Below are positions 1 to 10,805 of a DNA stretch of 64,000 bases, piece by piece. The notes beneath the pieces were generated by a model, which had not been told where the DNA came from, searched no databases, and worked only from the letters and a program-made list of their open reading frames with translations. Location: NCBI GenBank assembly GCA_938034385.1, contig CALHLC010000012.1, positions 87,575-151,574 on the forward strand. Direction: 5' to 3'. The position numbers and the translations under genes were made by a program. The stretch is from an uncultured Bacteriovoracaceae bacterium (GTDB lineage: Bacteria > Bdellovibrionota > Bacteriovoracia > Bacteriovoracales > Bacteriovoracaceae). Every line of letters begins with the position of its first letter. Position 1 is the first letter of the stretch.

Positions 1-1301
1 CGCAAATTGAATTACGATTTCCTGCTCTTTGGTCAAAAGTGATTACAGGGCTTGAAGATATTTCTACAAATAGAGAGGTGTTTCTTTATAGCGCTGCTAA
101 TTATGACGATCTTCTTGATTGTCCTATAGAAATTGGATGTCATGAAAGTGATGGTTTTAAAGTAAGAGGCAAGGACCATCACCTTGCTTTTTATGGAACC
201 ACTTGGCCTCACTCACAAAATTTAAAAAGTGATATGAAAAAAATTGTAGAAACAGTCGCTGATTATATGATTGATATACCATATGAGCATTATAGCTTTA
301 TAACTCACTTCGCTCCTAATCTTTATGGAGGACTAGAACATAAAAACTCTACCGTATTAGCTTTTGATGGAAGGAAATTAAATAATAGAAAAGATTATAT
401 TAAATGGTTAACTCTTACTACTCATGAATATTTTCATACTTGGAATATAAAAAGAATTAGACCAGTAGAGCTTGGACCATTTGATTATCAAAATGAAAAT
501 TATACTTCTATGCTTTGGTTAGCTGAGGGGCTAACTAGCTTTATGGATAATTATCTTACACTTAAAACAGGTTTGATTTCTGAAAAAGAATATTGGGAGT
601 TAATAAAAGATGACCTAAACCTTTATTTAAGTATCCCTGGAAGAAAGTATGATTCCTTAGAAGCAAGCTCATTTGATGCTTGGATAAAGCTTTATAGACC
701 GCATGAAAATAGTCGAAATGCGACTATAAGTTATTATTTAAAAGGTGGATTGGTTTTTTTAGTTCTACATTCAAGACTTATAGAAATTGGAAAATCGATG
801 AAGGATTTAACAGATGCTTTATGGAATCATTATAAGCAAAGGCCAGAGCAAGGAATTAGTAAAACTGAGTTTATGGGATTAGTCAGGGAAATTTCAAATG
901 AGGAGATTGCTCTGGAGTTTGAGAAAATGATAGAAACTACTGAAGAGATCGATTTTACAGGAATTCTTAAAAAACATTCTATTGAGATAAGTTTTAAAAA
1001 CCCTGAATATCAACTTGGTTTAAGACCTGAATTTAAAGGAGAGCAAGTTTTCATTCACTCGATCATTGAAGATGGACTTGCTTATAAGATAGGTCTAAAT
1101 GCAGGAGATGAAATTCTATCTATTAATGATACTAGAATAGATAAAAGCTTTTTTAATTCATTATCAAAGTACTTGGCCCTGGATAAAGATCACTCTATTA
1201 CTATCTCTAGAATGGGGAGAAGTTTTAACTTTGAGTTCAGGCCTGAAACAACAGGGAAACTTGTAAAAAATATTGTCGATAATAAGAAAATTTCCTGGTA
1301 A
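1..1301 (+). CDS. M61 family glycyl aminopeptidase (5' end outside window)
   Basis: The frame is open from the window edge, with no stop upstream of the GTG at 39. HEYFHTWN zinc HExxH motif. C-terminal PDZ-like segment (GLNAGDEILSIND). Confidence 0.75.
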   Translation, partial: QIELRFPALWSKVITGLEDISTNREVFLYSAANYDDLLDCPIEIGCHESDGFKVRGKDHHLAFYGTTWPHSQNLKSDMKKIVETVADYMIDIPYEHYSFITHFAPNLYGGLEHKNSTVLAFDGRKLNNRKDYIKWLTLTTHEYFHTWNIKRIRPVELGPFDYQNENYTSMLWLAEGLTSFMDNYLTLKTGLISEKEYWELIKDDLNLYLSIPGRKYDSLEASSFDAWIKLYRPHENSRNATISYYLKGGLVFLVLHSRLIEIGKSMKDLTDALWNHYKQRPEQGISKTEFMGLVREISNEEIALEFEKMIETTEEIDFTGILKKHSIEISFKNPEYQLGLRPEFKGEQVFIHSIIEDGLAYKIGLNAGDEILSINDTRIDKSFFNSLSKYLALDKDHSITISRMGRSFNFEFRPETTGKLVKNIVDNKKISW

Positions 1302-1491
1302 AAAATGAGCTTCTAGAATTCTTAATATTTCTAATAGAAATTTATTCACACCTTGTTGAGGTATTTTCCTGCTTATTTAAAATCCATTTTTTTGACGCAT
1401 AAATTTATTTTTAGTAATAGCTATCTGATGTTCAAGATAGGGTTCAAGTGTTATCCTGACCCCAATAAGCTTACATAACAAAAGGTTTAAA

Positions 1492-3681
1492 ATGAGTCTT
1501 CAAAACACCCGAGAAATTACGAAATCCCAAGTTTTTCAAAGAAAATCACAACATCAAGAATTACCTAAAAATGCCCAAGGGAAGATGTTGAAGGTTAGCC
1601 AATATTTTGGAGAAAATGTTTTTCAACTAAAAAATAATAGAAACTTCTCAGCTGATACTCAAAAAGAAATTTTAAGTGTTTTGGATGGAACAAAGGCCTT
1701 AGATAAAAAGCTTGCGAAGCAGATTGCAGATGTTGTTTTAGCTTGGGCCTTAGAAAAAGGAGCAACTCATTTTTGTCATTGGTTTCAACCTCTTACAGGT
1801 TCAACTGCCGAAAAACATGATGCGTTCTTAGATCTTAAAGGTGATAGAGCAATAGAGAGATTAAGTGCATCTCAATTAATGCAAGGTGAGCCTGATGCAT
1901 CTTCATTTCCTAACGGAGGTTCAAGAAGTACTTTTGAAGCAAGAGGGTATACTTGTTGGGATTTAACTTCACCTATTTTCATTAAAGAAAATACAAACGG
2001 TAAGACTCTTTGTATTCCTACCGCTTTTATTTCTTATCATGGAGATGCTCTAGATATTAAAACTCCTTTATTAAGATCGATGAACTCTTTAAGTGAAGCT
2101 GCTACAACTTTTTTAAACCTTCTTGGTGTAAAGGAAGCAAAGTCTGTAACTGCAAGTTGCGGATGTGAGCAAGAATATTTTCTTGTTGATAAAGCTTTTT
2201 ATTTTCAAAGAGAAGATCTTGTTATGAGTGGGAGAACATTAGTTGGTAGCCTTACTGCTAAAAATCAACAATTAAGTGATCACTACTTTGGAACGATTCC
2301 TGAGCGAGTTCTGTCTTATATGCAAGAGTGTGAAATAGAATTATACAAATTAGGAATTCCAGCTAAGACAAGACATAACGAGGTTGCACCGGGACAATTT
2401 GAAATTGCTCCAATCTTTAGTGATGCTAATACAGCTGCAGATAATAACCAATTATTAATGGCTACACTAAAGTCAGTTGCTGATAAGCACGACTTTGTTT
2501 GTCTTTTCCACGAAAAGCCTTTTGCAGATATTAATGGGAGTGGGAAGCATTTAAATTGGTCTTTATCAGATAATAACGGAACAAATTTATTAGAACCTGG
2601 ATCAACTCCTCATGAAAATCATAGATTCTTAGCAATGGTATCTATTGTTTGCGAAGCTGTGAAAAGACATGCCGTTTCACTAAGAGCAGCTATTGGGAGT
2701 CACAGTAACGATCATAGATTAGGCGGCCATGAAGCTCCTCCTTCTATTATTTCTGTTTTCTTAGGTTCAACAGTTAAGTCTATTTTAGACAAGTGTATAA
2801 CAGGAGATAATTATTCTCCTGAAGAACAAACAATGATTAATACAGGTGCAGGTCAGCTTGCTCAATTCTTACAGGATAATACTGATAGAAATAGAACATC
2901 ACCTTTTGCATTTACGGGAAATAAGTTTGAATTTAGAGCTGTAGGGTCTTTAGCGAATGTAGGCTTTCCTTTAACTGTTTTAAATGCAGCAATTATAGAT
3001 GTACTAAAAGAAACGAATATTTATTTGAAAGAAAAATTAGATACGGGAGCAGATGTCACTACTGCTTTAAAAGAGATTACAAAAAAATGGTATAAAAGTT
3101 CTCACGATGTTGTTTTTAATGGTGATGGATATAGTGAAGCGTGGGTAAAAGAAGCTAGTTCACGAGGCCTTCCAAACCTTAAGACAACTGTTGATGCATT
3201 AATCGAATTTAATAAAAAAGAACACCATCAACACTTGTTCGATCTAGGTGTTTATAGACCAACAGAGCTCGAGAGTTTATATAATGTAAATTTAGAAAAA
3301 TATAATACGTGTAGAGATATTGAACTTAGAACACAAAAGAAAATGATAGATAGAACTATTAAGCCTTGTGTGTATCAGTATAAAAAAGAACTTGCTGAAC
3401 TTATAAAAGATCTAAAAGATTTGGGAGCAAGTTACTCAAGTGAAGAGAAAACTCTAAATAAAGTGAGTTCATTACTTGATGAGTTAACTTCAGTCTGTGA
3501 AAAACTGAGTCCATTTCTTAACACTGAAAATGAGTCTGAAGAAAAACGAGGGACAAATTATGCTAACGTTGGGCTAGAGTTAAGTGAAAGAGTTATCACT
3601 CTTGCAGGAGAACTAGAGGATATTGTTCCTGATTCAAGTTGGACTATACCGACATATTTTGACCTTCTTTTTATTAGATAG
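1492..3681 (+). CDS. glnN: glutamine synthetase type III
   Basis: 729 aa, the typical GSIII length. Conserved blocks include HFCHWFQPLTG, NEVAPGQFEIAP, GSGKHLNWS and NRTSPFAFTGNKFEFRA. Confidence 0.9.
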   Translation: MSLQNTREITKSQVFQRKSQHQELPKNAQGKMLKVSQYFGENVFQLKNNRNFSADTQKEILSVLDGTKALDKKLAKQIADVVLAWALEKGATHFCHWFQPLTGSTAEKHDAFLDLKGDRAIERLSASQLMQGEPDASSFPNGGSRSTFEARGYTCWDLTSPIFIKENTNGKTLCIPTAFISYHGDALDIKTPLLRSMNSLSEAATTFLNLLGVKEAKSVTASCGCEQEYFLVDKAFYFQREDLVMSGRTLVGSLTAKNQQLSDHYFGTIPERVLSYMQECEIELYKLGIPAKTRHNEVAPGQFEIAPIFSDANTAADNNQLLMATLKSVADKHDFVCLFHEKPFADINGSGKHLNWSLSDNNGTNLLEPGSTPHENHRFLAMVSIVCEAVKRHAVSLRAAIGSHSNDHRLGGHEAPPSIISVFLGSTVKSILDKCITGDNYSPEEQTMINTGAGQLAQFLQDNTDRNRTSPFAFTGNKFEFRAVGSLANVGFPLTVLNAAIIDVLKETNIYLKEKLDTGADVTTALKEITKKWYKSSHDVVFNGDGYSEAWVKEASSRGLPNLKTTVDALIEFNKKEHHQHLFDLGVYRPTELESLYNVNLEKYNTCRDIELRTQKKMIDRTIKPCVYQYKKELAELIKDLKDLGASYSSEEKTLNKVSSLLDELTSVCEKLSPFLNTENESEEKRGTNYANVGLELSERVITLAGELEDIVPDSSWTIPTYFDLLFIR

Positions 3682-3727
3682 TTTTTGGCCTATCCTTAAT
3701 AGGGCAACTTATTTAAGGAATTAGCTT

Positions 3728-4342
3728 ATGAAGTATTTTATAATTTTAGTTTTATCATTTAGTGTTTTGGGAAATGAGTCATCATGTAGATGCTCAGATA
3801 ATCCAAAGTTAGATGAGAGTAAAATAGAGAAGTTAAAGCTTTGGATTGCACCAGGCTTTACATTAAATGCAAGTAAAGAAGGATCAATGGCAGGTATTTC
3901 TGCTATGGCCGGAGGAGCCTATTACTTTAATGGGGTTGTTGGGATTACTAGTGGTGTTTCATTCATGCAAAGAGGAGCACTTGATCAACAAAGAGAACTT
4001 AAAGCAACGTATCTTGATATTCCTTTAGGATTTACTTTTATAAATGCCGGAAGTCTTGCGACAAATAGATTTACTCTTTTTAATATTGGGGCTTTTTATT
4101 CTATTCCATTGTCTGGTTCATCAATGGGAATTCCTAATGTTCCTACTGAGTTTACTCCTGATAGTTCTTTTGGATTTTTTCTAGATGGTATTCTAAGTTT
4201 CCCTATTCCAGGAGATATAACTTATGGACTTTATAGCTCTGTAAAGTTTAGCTTTAGCGATATGTTAAGTGTTGCAGATAATACTATTTTAAGAGCAAAT
4301 AATGCTACAAATTATAGTTTTGGGTTAGCAATAGTTTTTTAA
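3728..4342 (+). CDS. outer-membrane beta-barrel (porin-family) protein
   Basis: Signal peptide, alternating beta-strand pattern and a C-terminal aromatic residue (..GLAIVF). Confidence 0.5.
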   Translation: MKYFIILVLSFSVLGNESSCRCSDNPKLDESKIEKLKLWIAPGFTLNASKEGSMAGISAMAGGAYYFNGVVGITSGVSFMQRGALDQQRELKATYLDIPLGFTFINAGSLATNRFTLFNIGAFYSIPLSGSSMGIPNVPTEFTPDSSFGFFLDGILSFPIPGDITYGLYSSVKFSFSDMLSVADNTILRANNATNYSFGLAIVF

Positions 4343-5508
4343 TGGTTTTTTTGTACACTAGTGAAGTTGTCTCGGTTATGAAATTTATACATTAGATATC
4401 CTGAAATACCTCCAGCAAGGTGAGATAGATGAGATACATTTGTAGCACCAGGAATTTCAAAGAAAATGAACATGATTACTTCTTTAGCAATATAGTAAAT
4501 AAATAAAAATTTTGCACTTATATGTATCCAGGCAATAGGAGAGCGACTGATGATTTTAAAAATCACTAAGGGACCCCAGAATGGTAAAGTCGAAAAACCA
4601 ATTTTCGTATTTGGATTATCAAGAGCGTAAAATACCAAACAAGCAAAAACAAAGCCACTTAAACCAACTAATGGAATTTCGGTATTATTAAAAATAATGT
4701 TAACCATTCCTACAAGCAAACAGGTGAAAATAAAAAAAACTGTATAGTTTTTAGGACCAAGCGTTTCTTCTACATCATCAGAAAAGACATAGAAGAAAAT
4801 AAGGTTACCAAAAAGATGACCTAGGCCGCCATGCATAAAGGCATGAGTAAAAAAATTAAGACCTAAATTATTAAATGGATGTGCACTTACAAAACCTAAG
4901 GTTTCAATAAAAGATTGATAATTTGAATAAGATAAGATTAGGACGAGAATACAAATAAAAGTAATAGAATAAGTTAGAAGTGGCTGCGTAAAGTTATATG
5001 GATCTTCTATCTCTATAGGAAAACCGCAATGACCTAAGATTCTTTCTATATCATTAGCTGGTCCTGCTCCCCACCACGAGCTTTTTTCATTCTTAAGCCT
5101 TTCTTGATCAAGAGCATTTTTAGTCTGCAATGCAACGACTTCACTAACTCTTGAGGTATCTCCAAATTGAGACAAGAAATCATTTACTTTAGGAATATTG
5201 GGAAATGCATTATTTTCAAACCAAAATAAATGGCAAGCACAACAGACATCCATCTCTTTAGTTCCTATCCAAGTAGGAGTTTCTACAAACTTCATATTTT
5301 TTCTACATTGTGGACATTGCTTACTTGAAACTTCCTTTGATAATCGTGCTCTATACCAAATCTCTTGAGTTTCATGAGTTCCAATAAGGTGCCTAGAAAT
5401 TGTTCTTGTCATTAATCGGCCCAGAGAATCACTGGAGAACCAAATAGGTTGGTTTTTTATAGTTGCTCTCTTGAGAGGTAAATTTGTATGTGGACAATAA
5501 AACTTCAT
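4339..5508 (-). CDS. rhomboid family intramembrane serine protease with N-terminal zinc-ribbon
   Basis: Rhomboid motifs HGGLGHLFGN, GLSGFVFA (GxSG) and HLAGGISGY. The N-terminus has CPQC..(n)..CCACHLFWFE, a TFIIB-type zinc ribbon. Confidence 0.8.
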   Translation of the reverse strand: MKFYCPHTNLPLKRATIKNQPIWFSSDSLGRLMTRTISRHLIGTHETQEIWYRARLSKEVSSKQCPQCRKNMKFVETPTWIGTKEMDVCCACHLFWFENNAFPNIPKVNDFLSQFGDTSRVSEVVALQTKNALDQERLKNEKSSWWGAGPANDIERILGHCGFPIEIEDPYNFTQPLLTYSITFICILVLILSYSNYQSFIETLGFVSAHPFNNLGLNFFTHAFMHGGLGHLFGNLIFFYVFSDDVEETLGPKNYTVFFIFTCLLVGMVNIIFNNTEIPLVGLSGFVFACLVFYALDNPNTKIGFSTLPFWGPLVIFKIISRSPIAWIHISAKFLFIYYIAKEVIMFIFFEIPGATNVSHLSHLAGGISGYLMYKFHNRDNFTSVQKNH

Positions 5509-5641
5509 TTATTTGATCTTAGTCAAAAATAAAATTTATTACAAATAAGAGATAAAATATTTATATTTTCTTGACGAAACTTTAAATTTTTCATTTCCTC
5601 TTATTATTATATTTTAACCTTTATCAAAAACGAGTAGAGAA

Positions 5642-8197
5642 ATGAGTACAAAGGGAATCAATTTAGTGATCGTCGAGTCACCAACTAAAGCTAAAACTAT
5701 TAAGAAATTTCTTCCAAAAGACTACACGGTTATTGCAAGTATGGGCCATATTCGTGACCTTCCACAAACTGCAGCAGATGTTCCGGCTAAATATAAAAAG
5801 GAAGATTGGTCTAGATTAGGAATCAATGTAAAGAAAGATTTTGAACCTTTATATGTTGTCCCTAAATCTAAGAAAAAGGTCGTAACGGGTCTAAAGAAAT
5901 TAGTAAAAACTGCCAAAATTATCTATCTCGCAACCGATGAAGATAGAGAGGGAGAGAGTATTTCTTGGCACTTATTACAACTTTTTGACCCTAAAGTTCC
6001 TGTTAAACGAATGGTTTTTCACGAGATTACAAAAAAAGCAATTACTGAAGCTCTTGAGAAGGTCAGAGATGTTGATCTAAATTTAGTTAAAGCTCAAGAA
6101 ACCAGAAGAATTGTTGATAGATTATATGGTTATACATTATCACCACTTGTTTGGAAGAAAATCGCTTATGGATTATCAGCAGGGAGAGTTCAATCTCCAG
6201 GTTTAAAGATGATTGTTGAGCGTGAAAAAGAGAGAATGGTTTTTGTAAAGGCTGGTTATTGGTCTATTAAAGCTGATCTTTTAGTAAAAAAGAAACCACT
6301 AGAAGCTAAATTATCAAAAGTTGATGGTGTAAGAATCGCAATCGGAAAAGATTTTGATCAATTAACTGGGAAATTAATTAAGCCTAAAGATGTCTATTTA
6401 GTTGATGAGAAAAAAGCAAAGGCCATATCTAAAGAATTAGCGGCAGGTGATTGGATAGTAAAAAGTGTTGATGAAAGAGATACACACTCTAATCCGGCAA
6501 AACCTTTTATTACCTCTTCACTTCAACAAGAAGGAAATAGAAAACTTGGAATGAGTGCAAGAGAAACAATGAGAGCAGCCCAGAAATTATATGAAAACGG
6601 TCTTATTACTTATATGAGAACGGATTCTCCAAACTTATCTCAAGAAGCTATTAAAGCAGCTAGAAAAAATATTGAAGATCTTTATGGGAAAGAATTCTTA
6701 AGCGATGAAGTTAGGCAATATAAAGCTAAAACTAAAGGAGCTCAAGAGGCCCATGAAGCGATCAGGCCAGCTGGAAGTGATTTTAAACATCCAGATGATA
6801 TTGGAATGATGGGGAAAGAAAAAGCTCTCTATGATTTGATTTGGAAAAGAACTATGGCCACTCAAATGAAAAAGGCCCATAAGAGATCAATGTCTATTAA
6901 GATTGAAAATGGAAAACATTTATTTACTGCCAATGGCTCAAGAATTATTTTTCCAGGATTTTTAAGAGCTTATGTTGAAGGTAGCGATGATCCAGATAAA
7001 GCATTGGATGATAGAGAAGTAATTTTACCAGAGCTTAAGGCCAAGGATAAATTATCTCACTCTGAAATTTTACCAAATGCTCATGAAACAAAACCTCCAG
7101 CAAGATTTACTGAGGCAAGTATAGTTCAGCGTCTTGAAAAAGAAGGAATAGGTAGACCGTCAACTTACGCTAGTATTATCGGTACAGTTCAAGAAAGAGG
7201 TTACGTTAGAAAAGAAGGTTCTCAATTAGTTCCAACTTATACTGGTATAGCAGTGATTCAATTATTAGAAGATCACTTTGCCGATCTTGTAGACTATGGA
7301 TACACAACTAAACTTGAAGAGTCCCTAGATGAAATAGCTGCGGGAAAGCAAGACTCTAGAAAGTACTTAAGATCTTTCTACCTTGGAAAAAAAGGTTTAA
7401 AAGAGCAGGTTGATAGTAAAGAAAAAGGTATTAAACCAGATGTTTCTAGGACTTTAAGACTTCCACAAATTAAAGATATTATTGATATTAAAGTTGGTCG
7501 TTATGGGCCATATATTATTCAAAAAGTCGGTAAGGAAGAAATACATGCTTCTATCCCTGAAACTGTTGCTCCAGCAGATCTTAGGCCTGAAAACATTGAT
7601 GAATTAATTGAACTTTCAAAAAAAGGTCCAGAGCCAATTGGAGTTCATCCCAAGACTAAAGAGAATATTTATTGTCTCACAGGAAGATATGGGGCCTACG
7701 TTCAGCAAGGTGAAAAAACTGAAGAAGTTCCAAAGCCAAGAAGAGCAAGTATTGTTGCTCCTCTTACTCCTCAGACTATAACTTTAGAGCAAGCTCTAAG
7801 ATTATTAATTTTACCTCGAGACCTAGGAGAGCATCCAGATACAGGAAAGATGATTCAAGCAAACTCAGGAAGATTTGGTCCTTATGTTGTTCATGACGGA
7901 GACTTTAGGAATATTAAAAAAGATACTTTTGATGTTTATAAAATCACTCTTGATGAAGCATTAGCCATTATAAGTGAGCCTAAGGTTTCTTCTCGAGGAG
8001 CGAGTGTCTATAAAGAATATAAACGTCATACTACAACGAATAAAAAAATTACTGTTTATGATGGGAAATATGGTTTATTTGTTAAATATGGAACGAAGAA
8101 TATTGGTATTGCGGATGCGATGAGAAAACCTGAAATCATTGATAAGTGGAAACAAATTGATGTTGAGAAGTTTATTAAAGATTCAGGGAAAGGTTAA
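5642..8197 (+). CDS. topA: DNA topoisomerase I
   Basis: TOPRIM N-terminus (LVIVESPTKAKTI, ATDEDREGE). Active-site region ITYMRTDS. C-terminal repeated GRYGPY/GRFGPY motifs. Confidence 0.95.
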   Translation: MSTKGINLVIVESPTKAKTIKKFLPKDYTVIASMGHIRDLPQTAADVPAKYKKEDWSRLGINVKKDFEPLYVVPKSKKKVVTGLKKLVKTAKIIYLATDEDREGESISWHLLQLFDPKVPVKRMVFHEITKKAITEALEKVRDVDLNLVKAQETRRIVDRLYGYTLSPLVWKKIAYGLSAGRVQSPGLKMIVEREKERMVFVKAGYWSIKADLLVKKKPLEAKLSKVDGVRIAIGKDFDQLTGKLIKPKDVYLVDEKKAKAISKELAAGDWIVKSVDERDTHSNPAKPFITSSLQQEGNRKLGMSARETMRAAQKLYENGLITYMRTDSPNLSQEAIKAARKNIEDLYGKEFLSDEVRQYKAKTKGAQEAHEAIRPAGSDFKHPDDIGMMGKEKALYDLIWKRTMATQMKKAHKRSMSIKIENGKHLFTANGSRIIFPGFLRAYVEGSDDPDKALDDREVILPELKAKDKLSHSEILPNAHETKPPARFTEASIVQRLEKEGIGRPSTYASIIGTVQERGYVRKEGSQLVPTYTGIAVIQLLEDHFADLVDYGYTTKLEESLDEIAAGKQDSRKYLRSFYLGKKGLKEQVDSKEKGIKPDVSRTLRLPQIKDIIDIKVGRYGPYIIQKVGKEEIHASIPETVAPADLRPENIDELIELSKKGPEPIGVHPKTKENIYCLTGRYGAYVQQGEKTEEVPKPRRASIVAPLTPQTITLEQALRLLILPRDLGEHPDTGKMIQANSGRFGPYVVHDGDFRNIKKDTFDVYKITLDEALAIISEPKVSSRGASVYKEYKRHTTTNKKITVYDGKYGLFVKYGTKNIGIADAMRKPEIIDKWKQIDVEKFIKDSGKG

Positions 8198-8201
8198 ATT
8201 T

Positions 8202-9299
8202 ATGAAAAAAATTCTTATATTACTTAGTTGTTTGTTATTAAATGCTCATGCGTTGAACTTTTCAAGTGAAAAATTTTATTTGGGATACCGACATATTCAT
8301 ACTAAAGAAGGTAACAAGGCTTTTAAGTATATGAAGAAAAAAATTGTTCATACTTTTTCTCGAGGAAGAATAAATATTTATGAATTGAAAAAAGGTTATC
8401 AATTTAGAAAGTTACCTGAATTTGTTAAGAAGCATTTTTTTGTCCTTGATAAATCAAGTTTGTCCAACTTACGAGATTATCAAACGGGTTGGAAGAGAAA
8501 TCACAAAAGCTCTTATGTTCGTAAAAAATCAGATGCTATTATTGAGGCCCATCTAAAAAAACTCTCAATTGATAATTATACTGAGACTATTAAATCTATT
8601 GTCACTCATGGACCACGAGGAAATGAAGAAAAGATTAGAGAACATGTGATTTCTGAATTTTTAAAGATGGGTTTAAAGCCAATAAAGGATGAATATAACG
8701 TTGTTACAAAGATTAAAGGGAAGTCTAAAAAGAGTATAGTTATTATCGGTCATATGGATACAGTTTCTGGAACTATAGGAGCAGATGATAATGCTAGTGG
8801 AGCTGCAGGAGTTTTAGAGTTAGCTCGAGTTTCTCAAGAAGCTTTTGCTGATAAAGTACCAGAGCTTACTATATATTTCGTTGTTTCAGCCGATGAAGAA
8901 ATTGGATTAAAGGGAGCTCATCAATTTGTAAAAGAAATGAAAGAGAGTAATCTAAGTGAACATATCAAATTCTCGATTAATATGGATATGATCGCTTATA
9001 ATAAAAATCAGGTTGTTGACTTGGAGACTAATAAGAAAAATAAGTCCCTTGTAGAGTATTTTGCAGTTCTAGTAGGGAAATTTACCTCTTTAAAAGCAAA
9101 CTTAGTTTTACAAGCATGGGGTTCAGACCATATCCCATTTTTAAATAATGATATTCCTGCTCTTTTAACAATTGAGAACTGGAAAACACATACTCCTTGT
9201 TGGCATAAGTCTTGTGATACTTTAGATACTCTCAACTTTGAGTATGCAATGGAAATTCTTAAGTTAAATTTTTCAGCAATATTAGATAGCACTCTTTAG
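8202..9299 (+). CDS. M28 family metallopeptidase (secreted)
   Basis: The ATG at 8202 yields signal peptide MKKILILLSCLLLNAHA. The track start at 8139 overlaps topA. M28 motifs GHMDTV, ADDNASGAAGVLELAR, DEEIGLKGA. Confidence 0.75.
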   Translation: MKKILILLSCLLLNAHALNFSSEKFYLGYRHIHTKEGNKAFKYMKKKIVHTFSRGRINIYELKKGYQFRKLPEFVKKHFFVLDKSSLSNLRDYQTGWKRNHKSSYVRKKSDAIIEAHLKKLSIDNYTETIKSIVTHGPRGNEEKIREHVISEFLKMGLKPIKDEYNVVTKIKGKSKKSIVIIGHMDTVSGTIGADDNASGAAGVLELARVSQEAFADKVPELTIYFVVSADEEIGLKGAHQFVKEMKESNLSEHIKFSINMDMIAYNKNQVVDLETNKKNKSLVEYFAVLVGKFTSLKANLVLQAWGSDHIPFLNNDIPALLTIENWKTHTPCWHKSCDTLDTLNFEYAMEILKLNFSAILDSTL

Positions 9300-9311
9300 G
9301 CTTGTATTAAC

Positions 9312-9830
9312 TTGATATCGTTTGAAAGAATTGATTCTGATAATTTAGAGCAAGCCGAAACTTTCACATCTTGGTATCGTGACCCTGTAATGGTTCGTAA
9401 TTGGGTACTCCAAAGAGAAAGTAAAGTTTCCAGACAACCATATAATGTAGCACAATTTTCCAAAGAATTTTCTAGTCCTGATAAAATAGCATTTATGATT
9501 AAGTCCTTTGAAGACTATATTGGATATGGATCGTTTTATATAAATCATCCTGTAGGGATGTATAAAAGCGGTAAAACTTGTTGGCCAAGTATTGGTATTG
9601 GCAATAACGACTATAGAGGTAAAGGGCTAGGATTACAGCTCTGCCAGGAAGTTTATAGGCTAGCCAAGTCTCTTGATTGTACTCATATAGAGGCGGGTGT
9701 TTTTGAATTTAATCAAAAGATTAAAAGACTATTGTTAAGAAATAGCTTCCAGCATTTCGGAGATATGCCCAAAATGACCTTTGTGGATGGAAGGTGGTGG
9801 AGTTCTGAGCATTACTTACTAGCACTTTAA
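9312..9830 (+). CDS. GNAT family N-acetyltransferase
   Basis: 172 aa with motif A-like RGKGLGLQL. TTG start. Confidence 0.55.
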   Translation: MISFERIDSDNLEQAETFTSWYRDPVMVRNWVLQRESKVSRQPYNVAQFSKEFSSPDKIAFMIKSFEDYIGYGSFYINHPVGMYKSGKTCWPSIGIGNNDYRGKGLGLQLCQEVYRLAKSLDCTHIEAGVFEFNQKIKRLLLRNSFQHFGDMPKMTFVDGRWWSSEHYLLAL

Positions 9831-9977
9831 GAGAATTTTACCTCTAATTATTGGCACAAATTTAGGCTTATCTCATAATTGGAGCTGTTTTTCAGAATTT
9901 GAATGTCTCAACCTATAATTTATATAGATCTGAAATTGGGGAATTTAAGATCATATTTTTAGTATTTGGGGGCAAGT

Positions 9978-10349
9978 ATGAAAGTAGTTATTTTATCAGT
10001 TTTAATCTTTAGTTCAATTCAAAGTTATGCAAATAGTGAACGAATGTGTTTGAGTTTAAGAGGCAAACTTAAGAGAGCATGTCTAATAAAGGCAAAAAGT
10101 AAGCCTATAAGAACTATTGCAAGTACTAAGAAAACAAGTAATCAATGTATAGGGAAAACTTTAAGTTCAGGATATGTTGGGCATTGCAAAAATGGTGCTA
10201 AAAGCTTTTTTATCCTTGAAATCAATAAGAAACTTCATACTTTTAAAGGCGTTAAAAGATCAATTTATAAGAAGTTCTTAAGAGCTAAATCCAAGAAAAG
10301 CTTCTATAAAAAGTATATCCAGAGTCGATATCCAGTGATAAATTCATAG
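9978..10349 (+). CDS. small basic secreted protein, unknown function
   Basis: Signal peptide MKVVILSVLIFSSIQSYA from an internal ATG. Lys-rich. Confidence 0.35.
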   Translation: MKVVILSVLIFSSIQSYANSERMCLSLRGKLKRACLIKAKSKPIRTIASTKKTSNQCIGKTLSSGYVGHCKNGAKSFFILEINKKLHTFKGVKRSIYKKFLRAKSKKSFYKKYIQSRYPVINS

Positions 10350-10383
10350 AAATTACATAAAATTGGCTTAAATTCGTCGAATC

Positions 10384-10412
10384 TTGACAGAATTTAGCAG
10401 GATTTATATGCT
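10384..10412 (+). promoter_or_regulatory. sigma70-like promoter upstream of L31 gene
   Basis: TTGACA (10384-10389), a 17-nt spacer, then TATGCT (10407-10412), about 24 nt before the ATG at 10436. Confidence 0.45.
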
Positions 10413-10435
10413 GTGCTTCCAAACGAGGATTTATT

Positions 10436-10684
10436 ATGAAAAAAGATATTCACCCAAATTATAGAGATGTTGTTTACCAAGATATCTCTGCTGACTTTTC
10501 TATTTTAACAAAGTCTACAGTTGAGACTAAAGAGACTATAACTTGGGAAGATGGTAAAGAATATCCTTTATTTAAAGTAGATATCTCAAGCGCTTCTCAT
10601 CCATTCTACACAGGTAATCAAAAAGTTCTTGATACTGAAGGTAGAGTTGAGAAATTCAAAAACAGATACAAAAAGAAAAAATAG
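10436..10684 (+). CDS. rpmE2: 50S ribosomal protein L31, type B (no CxxC zinc motif)
   Basis: MKKDIHPNY... and HPFYTGNQK signatures. No cysteine pairs. Confidence 0.9.
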   Translation: MKKDIHPNYRDVVYQDISADFSILTKSTVETKETITWEDGKEYPLFKVDISSASHPFYTGNQKVLDTEGRVEKFKNRYKKKK

Positions 10685-10805
10685 TTCTTATAAACAAAAT
10701 ATCCGTTACATGACCAATCTATTTAGGATTTATTGTCCCTTGATTGTCACAAACCACCTAAGCACTTAAAATTAGTATATTGAATTCAAATGAAGGACGT
10801 ATGTT

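Noticed and set aside
1164-1349. Short antisense or alternate-frame ORFs in the six-frame track that lie inside longer genes. Examples: 1164..1349, 5722..5916, 6698..6880, 9008..9292, 11678..11899, 16611..16799, 17286..17573, 18850..19212, 26344..26640, 31635..31880, 39253..39699, 42601..42915, 45893..46126, 50649..50978, 57279..57503, 59307..59669 and 63064..63282.
   Set aside because: Each is fully shadowed by a longer ORF with clear family motifs on the other strand or in another frame. Such ORFs are common in AT-rich DNA and have no SD or motif support.
1302-1491. Possible glutamine riboswitch or leader upstream of glnN.
   Set aside because: I could not recognise the conserved glnA-motif core or a convincing terminator/antiterminator pair by eye.
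8139-8201. Extended N-terminus of the M28 peptidase ORF overlapping the topA 3' end.
   Set aside because: The internal ATG at 8202 gives a canonical signal peptide. The extension is probably not translated.
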